Of a stretch of DNA of 64,000 bases, positions 30,245 to 39,815 are shown piece after piece. Origin of the DNA: a virus; the IMG/VR virus record IMGVR_UViG_3300027763_000029, one strand, 5' to 3'. The position numbers were made by a program, and so were the translations under genes. The notes beneath the pieces were generated by a model. It saw nothing but the letters and a program-made list of their open reading frames with translations. It had not been told where the DNA came from and did not search any database. Each line of letters starts with the position of its first letter. Position 1 is the first letter of the stretch.

Positions 30245-30688
30245 ATGTTTAAATCTATAATGGATTGGATTTCTTCCTTCGTAAAGAAGGAGGAATTACC
30301 AATCGTTGAAAAACAACCAGCAACTAAAGTAGAAAATAATGAAACATACATTGGAGCAATATCTTTTAAGGTAACATCCGATTTAGATATTGATGTTATG
30401 TGTGCTTTACCAGATATTAAAAATGCTACTATAGACGAAATATCTGTATTGGCCGAAAAGTATGCTGATTTTCTATTGGCCATTAATGAAGGACATTTGA
30501 AAGATGATATAATCAATATTATACAGAATAATGTTGATAAGAGCACTGAACCTAAAGATACTTTATTCTTAGAAAATATGCTATTTCATTGGGCATTAAC
30601 TCATGTTGAATATGAAAAAAAGAAAAGGAATAAAGAGAAAAAAGACCAACCTGTAATTAGACCGATTTCCGTCTTTAACCCTACCTGA
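30245..30688 (+). CDS. Hypothetical protein
   Basis: 147-aa ORF, co-oriented with neighbours. Confidence 0.7.
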   Translation: MFKSIMDWISSFVKKEELPIVEKQPATKVENNETYIGAISFKVTSDLDIDVMCALPDIKNATIDEISVLAEKYADFLLAINEGHLKDDIINIIQNNVDKSTEPKDTLFLENMLFHWALTHVEYEKKKRNKEKKDQPVIRPISVFNPT

Positions 30689-30690
30689 AA

Positions 30691-30732
30691 TTGAAACTAT
30701 CCTACAACTCATTACTATAGTGTAGGGTGTAT
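30691..30732 (+). promoter_or_regulatory. Tandem promoters: TTGAAA-N16-TACTAT and GGTGTAT
   Basis: Both motif classes in one intergenic gap upstream of 30776. Confidence 0.5.
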
Positions 30733-30775
30733 TTCTTATGGATCTCAGCCTTTTTCAAGGGATTATGGTATCAAA

Positions 30776-31228
30776 ATGAACGGAAAAGAAAATCTCATTA
30801 TATGGCAAAAATGGGCTGATCCATTTGGTGATGATGATCCTCTAGATCAATTAGTAGATGGTCTTGATTCAGATGTTCCTGATGAATATTCTAACTTTAC
30901 TGATATAGAACATCAAGATACAGAGGAAGAACCAGGAGAAAAAAGAGAGATCATCAAAAGTCGAAAAAACATTAAAGTTATGGCAACTCCTATGGGGATT
31001 ATTCCAGTAACAGAGAATACTGCTAGTGGTAGAATCTTTAATTTTTGGACTGGTCACACCAACTTTAATATCACTAGAAGAATAGTAAATCTTATAGAAG
31101 AAACTGATGGGGTTGAAACATTAGATATTTTTACTAGATATCGATTTAGAATATCTGTTGGAAAAGCATTTGACGATTCGATTGTTATGAGATGCATAAA
31201 TGAAAATGTCTATTCCTACCTAGAGTAA
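30776..31228 (+). CDS. Phage hypothetical protein
   Basis: WQKWADP, FWTGHTNFNIT, GVETL..FTRYR. Confidence 0.7.
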   Translation: MNGKENLIIWQKWADPFGDDDPLDQLVDGLDSDVPDEYSNFTDIEHQDTEEEPGEKREIIKSRKNIKVMATPMGIIPVTENTASGRIFNFWTGHTNFNITRRIVNLIEETDGVETLDIFTRYRFRISVGKAFDDSIVMRCINENVYSYLE

Positions 31229-31236
31229 ATAATCAA

Positions 31237-31908
31237 ATGAATAAAGAACCAGATATTTTATTAATTCATAGTCATGGCATAGATATACAAAATAGAGAAA
31301 TATATCTGCATTCTTATTTATCTGATTCAGAAGAAGAGGGTGGTGTTGACTATAGATCTGCTGTTACCTTTGAAAAAAATCTTCGCTATTTAAATCTCTT
31401 ATCACTAGAACCAATCTTAGTTCATATGCATTTGCCAGGAGGAGATTGGCAAGATTGTTTAGGAATGTATGATGCTATAAAATCATCGAAGGCAAAAGTA
31501 ATTATTCTGGCTTATGCAAAAGCAGAGTCCTCTAGTAGTGTTTTATTGCAAGCTGCTGATCTAAGAATATTAATGCCAAACACAAATGTTCTAATCCATT
31601 ATGGGTCATTTAGTGTTGATGCTGAACACAGTAAAGCTGCGGCAGCAGGCATACAATGGAACGAAAGAGAGTGCGATAAGATGATTGATGTATTCACTGA
31701 TAGGTGTATGAATAGTAGTATATGTAAAGAAAAAAATTGGAAAAAGATGATGGCTAAAAAACACATCATCTCTCAATTGGCTAATAAATGTGATTGGATT
31801 TTAACATCAGAAGAAGCTTTGTATTATGGTTTTGCTGATGGAGTACTTGGTAGCAAGAAATATCCCAACATAGACTATCTAAAAACTTGCATCAAAAGAA
31901 AAAATTAA
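31237..31908 (+). CDS. clpP: ClpP-like protease subunit
   Basis: NREIYL, PGGD, A.SSSS (Ser), IHY (His), DWILTSEEAL.YGFAD. Confidence 0.8.
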   Translation: MNKEPDILLIHSHGIDIQNREIYLHSYLSDSEEEGGVDYRSAVTFEKNLRYLNLLSLEPILVHMHLPGGDWQDCLGMYDAIKSSKAKVIILAYAKAESSSSVLLQAADLRILMPNTNVLIHYGSFSVDAEHSKAAAAGIQWNERECDKMIDVFTDRCMNSSICKEKNWKKMMAKKHIISQLANKCDWILTSEEALYYGFADGVLGSKKYPNIDYLKTCIKRKN

Positions 31909-32561
31909 TGTATATCGAATATGCCTGCTATGACTATTCATTATCTGATGAAGAAATAAAAACTAACGTAGCACTAGCAATCAAGCTAGGAGTAAAAAAT
32001 ATTGGTTTACATTATGTTAATATTAACTTAATCAAAAACTTGATAGAAGAGAATAATCTACAAATATCTTCTCCAATAGATTATCCCTATGGTTTATTAG
32101 ATTCAAAAAATAGGCTATTCGCTATCACTTCTGCCATCAAGGCAGGAGCAAAAACAATTGATATGGTTGTCCCAGCTAAGTTTATTACAAATAGGAAATA
32201 TGACAAACTAAGAGATGATATCAAAAATAATTTAGCTTTATGTCAAGAGAGTGGTACTGATCTTAGATACATATTAGAATATAGAGTATTTAATCATGAG
32301 ACATTGGCCAAAACTTGTCAAATCTTCAAAAGCCTTGGTATTGAATATGTTATGCCATCAACTGGGCATATGTTAGATGATATTAGCGATAATATCATAG
32401 CTTGCAAGTATTTATCGGCTAAATCTCAAATACAAACTATTTGTAATGGTAATATTTGGACAGAAAAACAGTCTGAATCCTTAAGAGGATCAAATATTTA
32501 TGGTGTGAGACTACACCACATACCTTCTATTGCTCTTTTTTTGAAAAATAATAGTCTTTGA
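31908..32561 (+). CDS. DeoC (deoxyribose-phosphate aldolase)-like TIM barrel, catalytic lysines apparently lost
   Basis: IDYPYG, GAKTIDMV, YILE and PSTG match DeoC, but KTSTG reads MPSTG and KASGG reads ICNGN. Confidence 0.7.
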   Translation: MYIEYACYDYSLSDEEIKTNVALAIKLGVKNIGLHYVNINLIKNLIEENNLQISSPIDYPYGLLDSKNRLFAITSAIKAGAKTIDMVVPAKFITNRKYDKLRDDIKNNLALCQESGTDLRYILEYRVFNHETLAKTCQIFKSLGIEYVMPSTGHMLDDISDNIIACKYLSAKSQIQTICNGNIWTEKQSESLRGSNIYGVRLHHIPSIALFLKNNSL

Positions 32562-32618
32562 CTATGTTTTGGGGTATATCTTTTAGAACCCTAACCACTT
32601 TCAATAATGGAGATTAAA

Positions 32619-33164
32619 ATGTCTCAAATTCAACAAAACGGCGATCCTAGTACTGGAAACTACTATCAGGGTACATCAACTAACAATAATAGTGGCTCAA
32701 TCATAGCTGGTGGATCAAACCCAGTTAGAAATCTTGTTAAACAAAATCCAAAGGGTAGTGATGTTGGAGTATTTGCTTCAGTCGTTGTTAAAAGCGATTT
32801 AGTTGGAAATACAAAATCTGTCACTGGTGGTACATTTGCTCATAATCATGTTAAGCCAATTAGTGCTAAAATCACAACTGAGCTAGCTGGTGTAGGCAAT
32901 ACTGCTATTCTAAAAGGAGCTGATAAGGTAACAAGAAGTATTCATAAGATTGAATCGTTTACCACCAATAGAACAGCAACTGCTTTTAGAGCTGGTTTCA
33001 ATATGTATACTGGAGCATTCAGTGGGGCTATTACAACAGCTACAGATAGTTTAGGTAATGACGTAGCTGCTAATCCAACATCCGCTGTTCCAGGTAAGTT
33101 GACATATCAGACCGGTAGTAATGTAGCAACAGTAGATTCCTACCACGCCAAGACTTCTGCCTAA
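32619..33164 (+). CDS. Gly/Ser/Thr-rich putative virion protein
   Basis: SD GGAG; preceded by GGGGTAT promoter variant; low-complexity composition. Confidence 0.6.
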   Translation: MSQIQQNGDPSTGNYYQGTSTNNNSGSIIAGGSNPVRNLVKQNPKGSDVGVFASVVVKSDLVGNTKSVTGGTFAHNHVKPISAKITTELAGVGNTAILKGADKVTRSIHKIESFTTNRTATAFRAGFNMYTGAFSGAITTATDSLGNDVAANPTSAVPGKLTYQTGSNVATVDSYHAKTSA

Positions 33165-33188
33165 TAATTTAACGTAGTATAAACGACA

Positions 33189-33228
33189 TAAATAAGCCAA
33201 TGATGCGTAAGTGTCGTTGGCTTGTTTA
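33189..33228 (+). terminator. Long hairpin with GTAA tetraloop
   Basis: TAAATAAGCCAATGATGC-GTAA-GTGTCGTTGGCTTGTTTA; several G-U pairs. Confidence 0.6.
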
Positions 33229-33248
33229 CTTTAAAGAAAGATAAACAT

Positions 33249-33569
33249 ATGTCAGAAACCATTATCCACTTCTGGGAAAACATAGCAACAACAAGTATTG
33301 GTATAATTGTTACGATGGTTGGTTTTTGGGTGGCTATAGGAAGAAATATGACCACAAAAGCAGAAGTATTAGTCATGATTGAAACTCAATCTCCATATAA
33401 TCATGATCGTCAATTTATTATGGAAAGATTAAATACTAATAAAGAGACTCAAGCTGCTTTCGCTAATGCTTTACAGAGAAATACCGAAGTAATGAACGAA
33501 TTAAAAATTCAGATTGCTATGTTAAGTAAAACCTTGGAAGCTTTAGAAGATAGAATCGAAAGACCCTAA
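33249..33569 (+). CDS. Membrane protein with coiled coil (holin-like)
   Basis: One TM helix followed by a coiled-coil C-terminus. Confidence 0.55.
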   Translation: MSETIIHFWENIATTSIGIIVTMVGFWVAIGRNMTTKAEVLVMIETQSPYNHDRQFIMERLNTNKETQAAFANALQRNTEVMNELKIQIAMLSKTLEALEDRIERP

Positions 33570-33570
33570 A

Positions 33571-33583
33571 GGTGTATCTATAA
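33571..33583 (+). promoter_or_regulatory. GGTGTAT putative phage promoter
   Basis: Intergenic GGTGTATCTATAA upstream of 33618. Confidence 0.6.
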
Positions 33584-33617
33584 CTAGTCCAACCACCAAT
33601 TCAAATTGGAGATTAAA

Positions 33618-33839
33618 ATGTCAAGACCATTCACAGATATTACTACAGCAATTGATGAAAATCCAATCAAAAACGGTAGCATGATAGTATCTTCAACATT
33701 TAGAGGTCAATATGGCCTTAATGATACGTATGTTAAAAATACTCCCATTATTTCTGATATTCAAAACAAATATGGTAATAGATTTTATAATGGTATTTTT
33801 GTTAGTGTGATTGATGGAATTAATGGAGGTAATGCATAA
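33618..33839 (+). CDS. Small hypothetical virion-associated protein
   Basis: SD GGAG; TAATG coupling to the next gene. Confidence 0.6.
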   Translation: MSRPFTDITTAIDENPIKNGSMIVSSTFRGQYGLNDTYVKNTPIISDIQNKYGNRFYNGIFVSVIDGINGGNA

Positions 33840-34966
33840 TGAGTGTTACTATTCGTCTAAGAAGAGACTCGTCAACAAACTGGACTACTATTAATCCTAT
33901 ACTCTTATTGGGCGAACCAGGATTTGAAACTGATACAAATAAGTTAAAGATAGGAAATGGAACAGATACTTGGAATAATCTTCCTTATGTTGCTAATGAC
34001 TTTTTAGGCAATAGATATTATGCTGGTCCATCGGTAACTGTTTATAAACCCAATTATGGAGATGTTGTTGACCATATTGAGGATAATCTAATTTTAACCA
34101 GAGGTCTTTGGGGACCTTTATACAACACTTTTTCTGAAACAGAAGTTAATCCGTACACATCTCCGTCTGGAGCAGAATGGAATGTTGATGGATGGGATGA
34201 TTTTAGTGATATTACTGAAAGATCATATACGACATTAAATGATGTTTTGAATAATTGGCAAATTGGTGAAGAAATTACTAATGCCAAATTAGTTATGCAT
34301 GATATTCAAAATGATAAGTATCACAAATTCGATTTTAGTTTCTGGCAACCTGGAAATCAAGAGAATAGTTTAGGTGGCGGTTTTAAATATATCAGAACAC
34401 CACTATGGGTTGATCAGCCAGAAATTACATTCGAGCACACTAGTCATGGCTCAGAAGTTGATGAAATTGATACTGGATTAGTTATAACAAGATCAAATAA
34501 TAAAGGCATCTATAATATCTTTAGCGAAACAGTTTTCAATCCATCGATCAGCCCATCAGGTACAGAATGGAATAGTGAGGGTTGGGGAGACTTAGCCGAC
34601 TTAGAAGGAAGGGAATATCAGACCTTTTATGCCGCATCAAACGGCCATCTTGGTAATCATGTATTAGATAAAGAATATGTGATGCATGATACCATCAATG
34701 ATGAGTATTACAAGATTTATTTTACTAACTGGCAAGCAGATAGCAATGGTGGAGCCGTTACTTATATCCGTCAAAAACTAAATAAGTATTATAAAGGAGA
34801 AGGTATAACTTTCTCTGATGGAACATCTCAAAAAACTGCTGGTGTAGTTAGTGATACTAATTTAGTGCCAAACTCTACACGTATAGTTAATATGGTTAGT
34901 ATTTCTCAAAGTGATTATGACTCTTTAGGAACAAAAGATCCTAGTACATTATATGTCATCCAATAA
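33839..34966 (+). CDS. Tail fibre/receptor-binding-type protein with Mtd/hyaluronidase-like N-terminus and internal duplication
   Basis: IRLRRD...W...NPILLLGEPGFETDTNKLKIGNG...WNNLPY; two ~125-aa repeats; C-terminal ISQSDYDSL..KDPSTLYVI. Confidence 0.75.
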   Translation: MSVTIRLRRDSSTNWTTINPILLLGEPGFETDTNKLKIGNGTDTWNNLPYVANDFLGNRYYAGPSVTVYKPNYGDVVDHIEDNLILTRGLWGPLYNTFSETEVNPYTSPSGAEWNVDGWDDFSDITERSYTTLNDVLNNWQIGEEITNAKLVMHDIQNDKYHKFDFSFWQPGNQENSLGGGFKYIRTPLWVDQPEITFEHTSHGSEVDEIDTGLVITRSNNKGIYNIFSETVFNPSISPSGTEWNSEGWGDLADLEGREYQTFYAASNGHLGNHVLDKEYVMHDTINDEYYKIYFTNWQADSNGGAVTYIRQKLNKYYKGEGITFSDGTSQKTAGVVSDTNLVPNSTRIVNMVSISQSDYDSLGTKDPSTLYVIQ

Positions 34967-34979
34967 TTAAGGATCTCTC

Positions 34980-37900
34980 ATGGTAGATTTTACAATAGAG
35001 TTCTGGACTAAAATCTCTGGATCGGCTCAAACTAGTTTTTTTGCTATAGGAAATGATACATCATTAACCTACACTTCTTCAATATTAACATTGAAACTAG
35101 CTGGAAGTACCAAGTCGGGAGTAAGCGCTAGTATACCGATCAATACTTGGACACATATTGCTATCACAAGATATAACAATACTGTCAAGTTATATGTTGC
35201 TGGAGTTGCCAAAAGAACATATGTATTTACATCAGATAATATAATAGATACTTCTGGATTATTGACTATTGGAAATGCAAATTCATCGTCTTCATCAAAA
35301 AATATTAGAGGATATATTTCTAATTTTCATATAGTAAAAGGACAAGCTCTATATACTGGAAATAGCTATACTCCATCAAGAGCAGTTCCAACCCCAATAC
35401 TAGGCAGTTCTGTTTTACTAATGGATTTTTATGATAATGATACAAGATATTTGGAAGATATAAGCTCTAATCCAATCTCTAAAACTATAATTAATAGCGG
35501 TTCAGTATTTTCTTCCGATAACCCAGCTGGCGCTGGAAATCCTGGAAGTGCTGATTTTACATCGAGTCCAGCTGATTATAAAATAACAGTATCAAATGAT
35601 GGAGATTTTGCTTTTGATGTTGCGGGAGTGGATCCATCTCCTACTCCAACAGCTACAATAACTCCAACAATAACAAAAAGTCCAACAGTAACACCTACAA
35701 TAACTCCTACTAATAGCCAACCATCTCATGGATATTGTACCTATGAATGGAACTCAAGTGAATCGGTATGGAATAATATTTTAACTAACTGTGATGTAGG
35801 ATATGAGTGCGGTGGTGTCCCAGGATTTAATGGAACATTTAATGGACAAAGAGTAAATGTGTCATGTGTTTATTCTGGCACTCCAGCAGTAACACCAACA
35901 CCAACGCATACTCCAGCAGTAACTACGAGTATAACTCCAACAATTACTAAAACAATAACACTAACTCCTACTATAAGTAGTCCAATAAGAGGATATTGTA
36001 CTTATGAGTGGAATTCCAGTGAATCAGTATGGAATAATATTTTAACTAATTGTGCTCAAGGATTTTATTGTGGTAATCAACCTGGCTTTAATGGAACATT
36101 CAATGGTCAAAGAGTTAATGTAGATTGCGTATCTGAACCAACCTCAACTCCTACTGTAACTCCAACCTCAACTCCAAGTAATTTTGCTCCATATCCATAT
36201 ACAATAAAATATAGAGAAGCTGATGGCTCAAATAATAAGTATGGTTGGGTTGATAATGAAACAGCTTGTACTTTAGAATCAGAGGGCTGGGGAGAAATAA
36301 CAATATATTCTCCAAGTTCAATATTTACTAATAGTATGAGTTTTTATTTGGATTCTTCAGGATCACAAATTGTTAATGTGGTTGCAAACCAATATTATTA
36401 TTATTCAAATGAAAATAAATCATTTATGTGGGTTTCGGGAAATACTATTTCAAATATAGCAGCTTGTAATACTTGTGACTCAGTTGCTTTGGTTGGTCTT
36501 AATGCTAATACGACTTCAAATTCTGCAATTAGTACCCACGGAGGAGGATGGACAGCATCAGCATATTCTACAGAAACTTATACTGGTCCAGTTTCAGTAA
36601 CATTTAAGACATCGGCAAGCGACAATTATTTAATGGGTGGATTCGCTTATACTCCAACTTCAAATTCAGAAACCTACATTAATACAACTTATGGTCTCTA
36701 TATACAGCCAGGATTTTTAGAGATATATGAATATGGTGGTCAAGTTAATGTTCCAGGATCTATTACTAGATCAGTAAATGATATCTGGAAAGTTGATTAT
36801 GATGGAACAAATGTTAAATATTACCAAAATAATACTTTAATTTATACTTCATCAAACCCAGTAAATCAACCACTCCATGTATTTTTTCCTCTTTTAACGG
36901 GTGGAGCGGGAGTTACAGATGTTTGTGTTGTTTCTCCACCATTGCCTAGTCCTACTCCTACTCCGACAGAAACAACCACGCCAACACCCACACCAACACC
37001 AGTCAATCCAAACGATCTAATATTTGATTCAAATTACTTGGGAGATTTTATCTTATTAAGTAATTATAACTGTACAGCCTCATTTACATCTGATGATAGT
37101 GAAAACGAAACATCCGTTTTAACAAACTATAGAATAAGTGATGGGCAAAAAGTAATTTTCAGCATGATAACAACTTATGGAAATTATGATGGTTATACCG
37201 GAGTTGGAATATCAAATCATGATTTTGACGTAAATGACTATATGGGAGTTGATACTAATTCTATAGGATTTTATGACAATGGAGATGTTTGGTATGATGA
37301 TAATGATATAATAAGTTTAGATTTAGAATTTAAAGGAAACAATAATATTGTAGACGTTGCTGTAGATAGACTTAATAATCTGATATGGATTAGGGTAGAT
37401 GGAGGATATTGGAATGGTGATGAAACACAAGACCCAGAGACAACATCGGGAGGAATAGATATCTCTGGTATTTCTGGAGATGTTTATCCTGGTGCTGGCC
37501 CATATGCTTACGATAATATCTTTGGTCAAATTTCTATTAATAATGTAATATCTAATCCCCCATCAGGATTTACTGTATTAAAAAGTTCACATGCTCCTAT
37601 TAATGAAACATTTTTTAGTCAAATATATTTAAGTAATTCTAATATAACTTCTATTAAGCTAGGAAATGATGACGTTTCTAAAATATTTTTAGGAGATGTT
37701 TTAGTATTCGGAGGTGGCCCTGACATCTGTCTCAATTCAACTTCTAGTGTTAAAATGACAGGGTGGGTTTCTGGTGATAGAATTCTTGCCCCTATTGGAT
37801 ATGCTCCTTGGGGACGCGAAACTTATACTTACGGAAATGAAACCGTTCGTTATGAAACTGGTTTATGGCTGTATACAAATACGACAAACGGAGAACTTGC

Positions 37901-38531
37901 TAGAGCATATAGTTACGCAAACTGGCCTTGGCTAGTAGATTGGCCTACCCCGTATGCTGCTGAAAAAATCTGTGTTTCTCCAACTCCAACCCCAACTCCA
38001 ACCCCAACTCCCACCCCAACGCCTGCGGGCTTTGGCAGTTCAGGATTCCAATGGATGAATATTAATTCTGTTACCTCAAGTACAGCATCAGGAATAGGAC
38101 AAAATAATATTACCATATCGATTACACAAAGTAATGGTGGAATGGCAACTCATCCCGGAATGGTTGGTGGATCAACTTTTCCTGAAACTTATGGTGTTCC
38201 ACTTACAGGAACTCAAATTTTAAATAGTCAATATGGTACATTTACAGCAGTTTTTAGTCAACCAGTTACAGATGCCTTAGTTGCATTTGCTAGTGTTGGT
38301 CAACCAGGATTATCAGTACCAGTACAAGTGTCTACTCCTTTTACTCCAGTTTGGAGCATTGATACTACATATCAAAATGCGGTAAATGGTACTCAATATT
38401 CTCAATTTACTGGAGAAGAAGGATATAATATAATCAGAATAGATGGTACAGTAACTACTGTTACTTTCAACTATACTGTTAGTGAATACTATTGCACAGT
38501 TTGCTTCGGATTTGTTGATCAAAATACATAA
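34980..38531 (+). CDS. Large mosaic virion/adhesin protein (LamG-like, Cys-rich repeats, Pro/Thr linkers, SPRY-like domain)
   Basis: DFTIEFW...WTHIAITR...GYISNFHIVKG (LamG); PT tracts; VDVAVD....IWIRVDGG.W (SPRY-like). Confidence 0.75.
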   Translation: MVDFTIEFWTKISGSAQTSFFAIGNDTSLTYTSSILTLKLAGSTKSGVSASIPINTWTHIAITRYNNTVKLYVAGVAKRTYVFTSDNIIDTSGLLTIGNANSSSSSKNIRGYISNFHIVKGQALYTGNSYTPSRAVPTPILGSSVLLMDFYDNDTRYLEDISSNPISKTIINSGSVFSSDNPAGAGNPGSADFTSSPADYKITVSNDGDFAFDVAGVDPSPTPTATITPTITKSPTVTPTITPTNSQPSHGYCTYEWNSSESVWNNILTNCDVGYECGGVPGFNGTFNGQRVNVSCVYSGTPAVTPTPTHTPAVTTSITPTITKTITLTPTISSPIRGYCTYEWNSSESVWNNILTNCAQGFYCGNQPGFNGTFNGQRVNVDCVSEPTSTPTVTPTSTPSNFAPYPYTIKYREADGSNNKYGWVDNETACTLESEGWGEITIYSPSSIFTNSMSFYLDSSGSQIVNVVANQYYYYSNENKSFMWVSGNTISNIAACNTCDSVALVGLNANTTSNSAISTHGGGWTASAYSTETYTGPVSVTFKTSASDNYLMGGFAYTPTSNSETYINTTYGLYIQPGFLEIYEYGGQVNVPGSITRSVNDIWKVDYDGTNVKYYQNNTLIYTSSNPVNQPLHVFFPLLTGGAGVTDVCVVSPPLPSPTPTPTETTTPTPTPTPVNPNDLIFDSNYLGDFILLSNYNCTASFTSDDSENETSVLTNYRISDGQKVIFSMITTYGNYDGYTGVGISNHDFDVNDYMGVDTNSIGFYDNGDVWYDDNDIISLDLEFKGNNNIVDVAVDRLNNLIWIRVDGGYWNGDETQDPETTSGGIDISGISGDVYPGAGPYAYDNIFGQISINNVISNPPSGFTVLKSSHAPINETFFSQIYLSNSNITSIKLGNDDVSKIFLGDVLVFGGGPDICLNSTSSVKMTGWVSGDRILAPIGYAPWGRETYTYGNETVRYETGLWLYTNTTNGELARAYSYANWPWLVDWPTPYAAEKICVSPTPTPTPTPTPTPTPAGFGSSGFQWMNINSVTSSTASGIGQNNITISITQSNGGMATHPGMVGGSTFPETYGVPLTGTQILNSQYGTFTAVFSQPVTDALVAFASVGQPGLSVPVQVSTPFTPVWSIDTTYQNAVNGTQYSQFTGEEGYNIIRIDGTVTTVTFNYTVSEYYCTVCFGFVDQNT
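35730..36131 (+). repeat. Duplicated ~47-aa Cys-rich module (35730-35870 and 35991-36131)
   Basis: GYCTYEWNSSESVWNNILTNC..G..CG..PGFNGTFNGQRVNV.CV occurs twice, with synonymous DNA divergence. Confidence 0.9.
37977..38024 (+). repeat. CCAACY hexamer tract encoding (PT)n
   Basis: ccaactccaaccccaactccaaccccaactcccacccca. Confidence 0.85.
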
Positions 38532-38539
38532 TAATAACC

Positions 38540-38552
38540 GGTGTATTATATT
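38540..38552 (+). promoter_or_regulatory. GGTGTAT putative phage promoter
   Basis: Intergenic GGTGTATTATATT upstream of 38591. Confidence 0.6.
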
Positions 38553-38590
38553 CTGATACTGATATATTTATCTTTAATTGGAGTATTAAA

Positions 38591-38929
38591 ATGGTAAAAC
38601 CTGGCTATAAAACTAGTGAATTCTGGTTCACTATGGTAAGTTTTATTTTTAGTGGTTTGTATCTAATGGGTCTTATTGGAGAAAATTCTCAAAAGGAAGA
38701 CCTTATTCAAGAAACAAGCAGAGGTCTAGAAGCTACTATACTTATTATAGGACAATTAACAGTATTATTTAAGTATGTTAAGGGACGAACAGACCTTAAG
38801 AAAACTTGGTGGAGCACAGCAACTCCAGAAGAAAGAAAAATAGCTAATAGTCGCAACTCTAAAAGTAAAAAGAAAAAAACAACTAAAAAGAAACCAACTA
38901 CTGAAATTACAGATCAGGGATTGACCTAA
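38591..38929 (+). CDS. Holin-like two-TM membrane protein
   Basis: KPGYKTSEFW N-terminus, two TM segments, basic C-terminal tail. Confidence 0.6.
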   Translation: MVKPGYKTSEFWFTMVSFIFSGLYLMGLIGENSQKEDLIQETSRGLEATILIIGQLTVLFKYVKGRTDLKKTWWSTATPEERKIANSRNSKSKKKKTTKKKPTTEITDQGLT

Positions 38930-38940
38930 TTTCTTTCTTT

Positions 38941-38953
38941 GGTGTATTATATA
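38941..38953 (+). promoter_or_regulatory. GGTGTAT putative phage promoter
   Basis: Intergenic GGTGTATTATATA upstream of 38973. Confidence 0.6.
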
Positions 38954-38972
38954 TTAACAATAAGGAGTTTTT

Positions 38973-39404
38973 ATGGATAGTACAATCTTGAGTATTGAGC
39001 TTTTTTCTAAATTAGAAGATCTCATTAATAAAGTCAAAAAGTCATTAAGTAGTAATAAGTCAGTAGCTGTAAATCAAGCATGGGGAATCTTACAACTTGC
39101 AGTAGCAGATACGGTACAAGTTATAGAAGATAACAATCCTTCTCTTAAAGGGTCAAATAAAAAAGAGATTGCTTTGAATATGATAAGCAATTTTTATGAT
39201 AAAGTTTTCTTAGTAGTGAACATCCCATATGTTCCATCTGCTTTACAGCCTATTATACAAAAGTACATCAAAGCTCTTTTGATGTTATTGGTAAGTTCAA
39301 CTATAGATTCTATGGTTGAAATTTTCAGACAAACCGGTGTGTTTTTGGATCCCAATACTGTTGATCCAAGTGTAGATAATGTACCAAAAATTTCAGATAA
39401 ATAA
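38973..39404 (+). CDS. Hypothetical protein (holin-associated-like)
   Basis: LKGSNKKEIAL motif; SD AAGGAG. Confidence 0.6.
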   Translation: MDSTILSIELFSKLEDLINKVKKSLSSNKSVAVNQAWGILQLAVADTVQVIEDNNPSLKGSNKKEIALNMISNFYDKVFLVVNIPYVPSALQPIIQKYIKALLMLLVSSTIDSMVEIFRQTGVFLDPNTVDPSVDNVPKISDK

Positions 39405-39419
39405 AACGAGGAATATAAA

Positions 39420-39815
39420 ATGAATTTTACAGAGAGCTTCCAAGAGTTTAGTAGCAAATTGAGCACAACGGATTTGGCTCTTTACGCCGGTGTAGGTTTA
39501 GTTCTATGGGTATTGTTTAAGGATAAGTTAAGTCCAGTACAGCAACTATTGGGTTCATTAGCCGATAGGGTAAAGGGATTATTCTCTAATGGTGGTGTTA
39601 AACTTCCAACAGTAGATGTTCCAAAGGTTGATCCTGTTGTGTTGCCAAAAGTAATAGCTGATAGCAAAGAAGATACGTTCTTTAAGCTAGTAGTATCGTG
39701 GAAACAAACACGAGACTTAGCAGATAAGAGTGGTTGTGCTGAAGCAGTTAAGGTTGCTGATCAAATGTTTCCATTTTTAAGTCCTAATGTTTGTGCTAAG
39801 AAAGAGGAAAAGTGA
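39420..39815 (+). CDS. Membrane protein
   Basis: TM LALYAGVGLVLWVLF; SD GAGG. Confidence 0.65.
   Translation: MNFTESFQEFSSKLSTTDLALYAGVGLVLWVLFKDKLSPVQQLLGSLADRVKGLFSNGGVKLPTVDVPKVDPVVLPKVIADSKEDTFFKLVVSWKQTRDLADKSGCAEAVKVADQMFPFLSPNVCAKKEEK

Noticed and set aside
33839-36131. Diversity-generating retroelement suggested by the Mtd-like N-terminus and repeats
   Set aside because: No reverse transcriptase is present, and repeat differences are mostly synonymous rather than adenine-specific.
35636-38024. Short tandem repeats as a CRISPR array
   Set aside because: They are in-frame Pro/Thr codon repeats with no repeat-spacer structure, and no cas operon is present.
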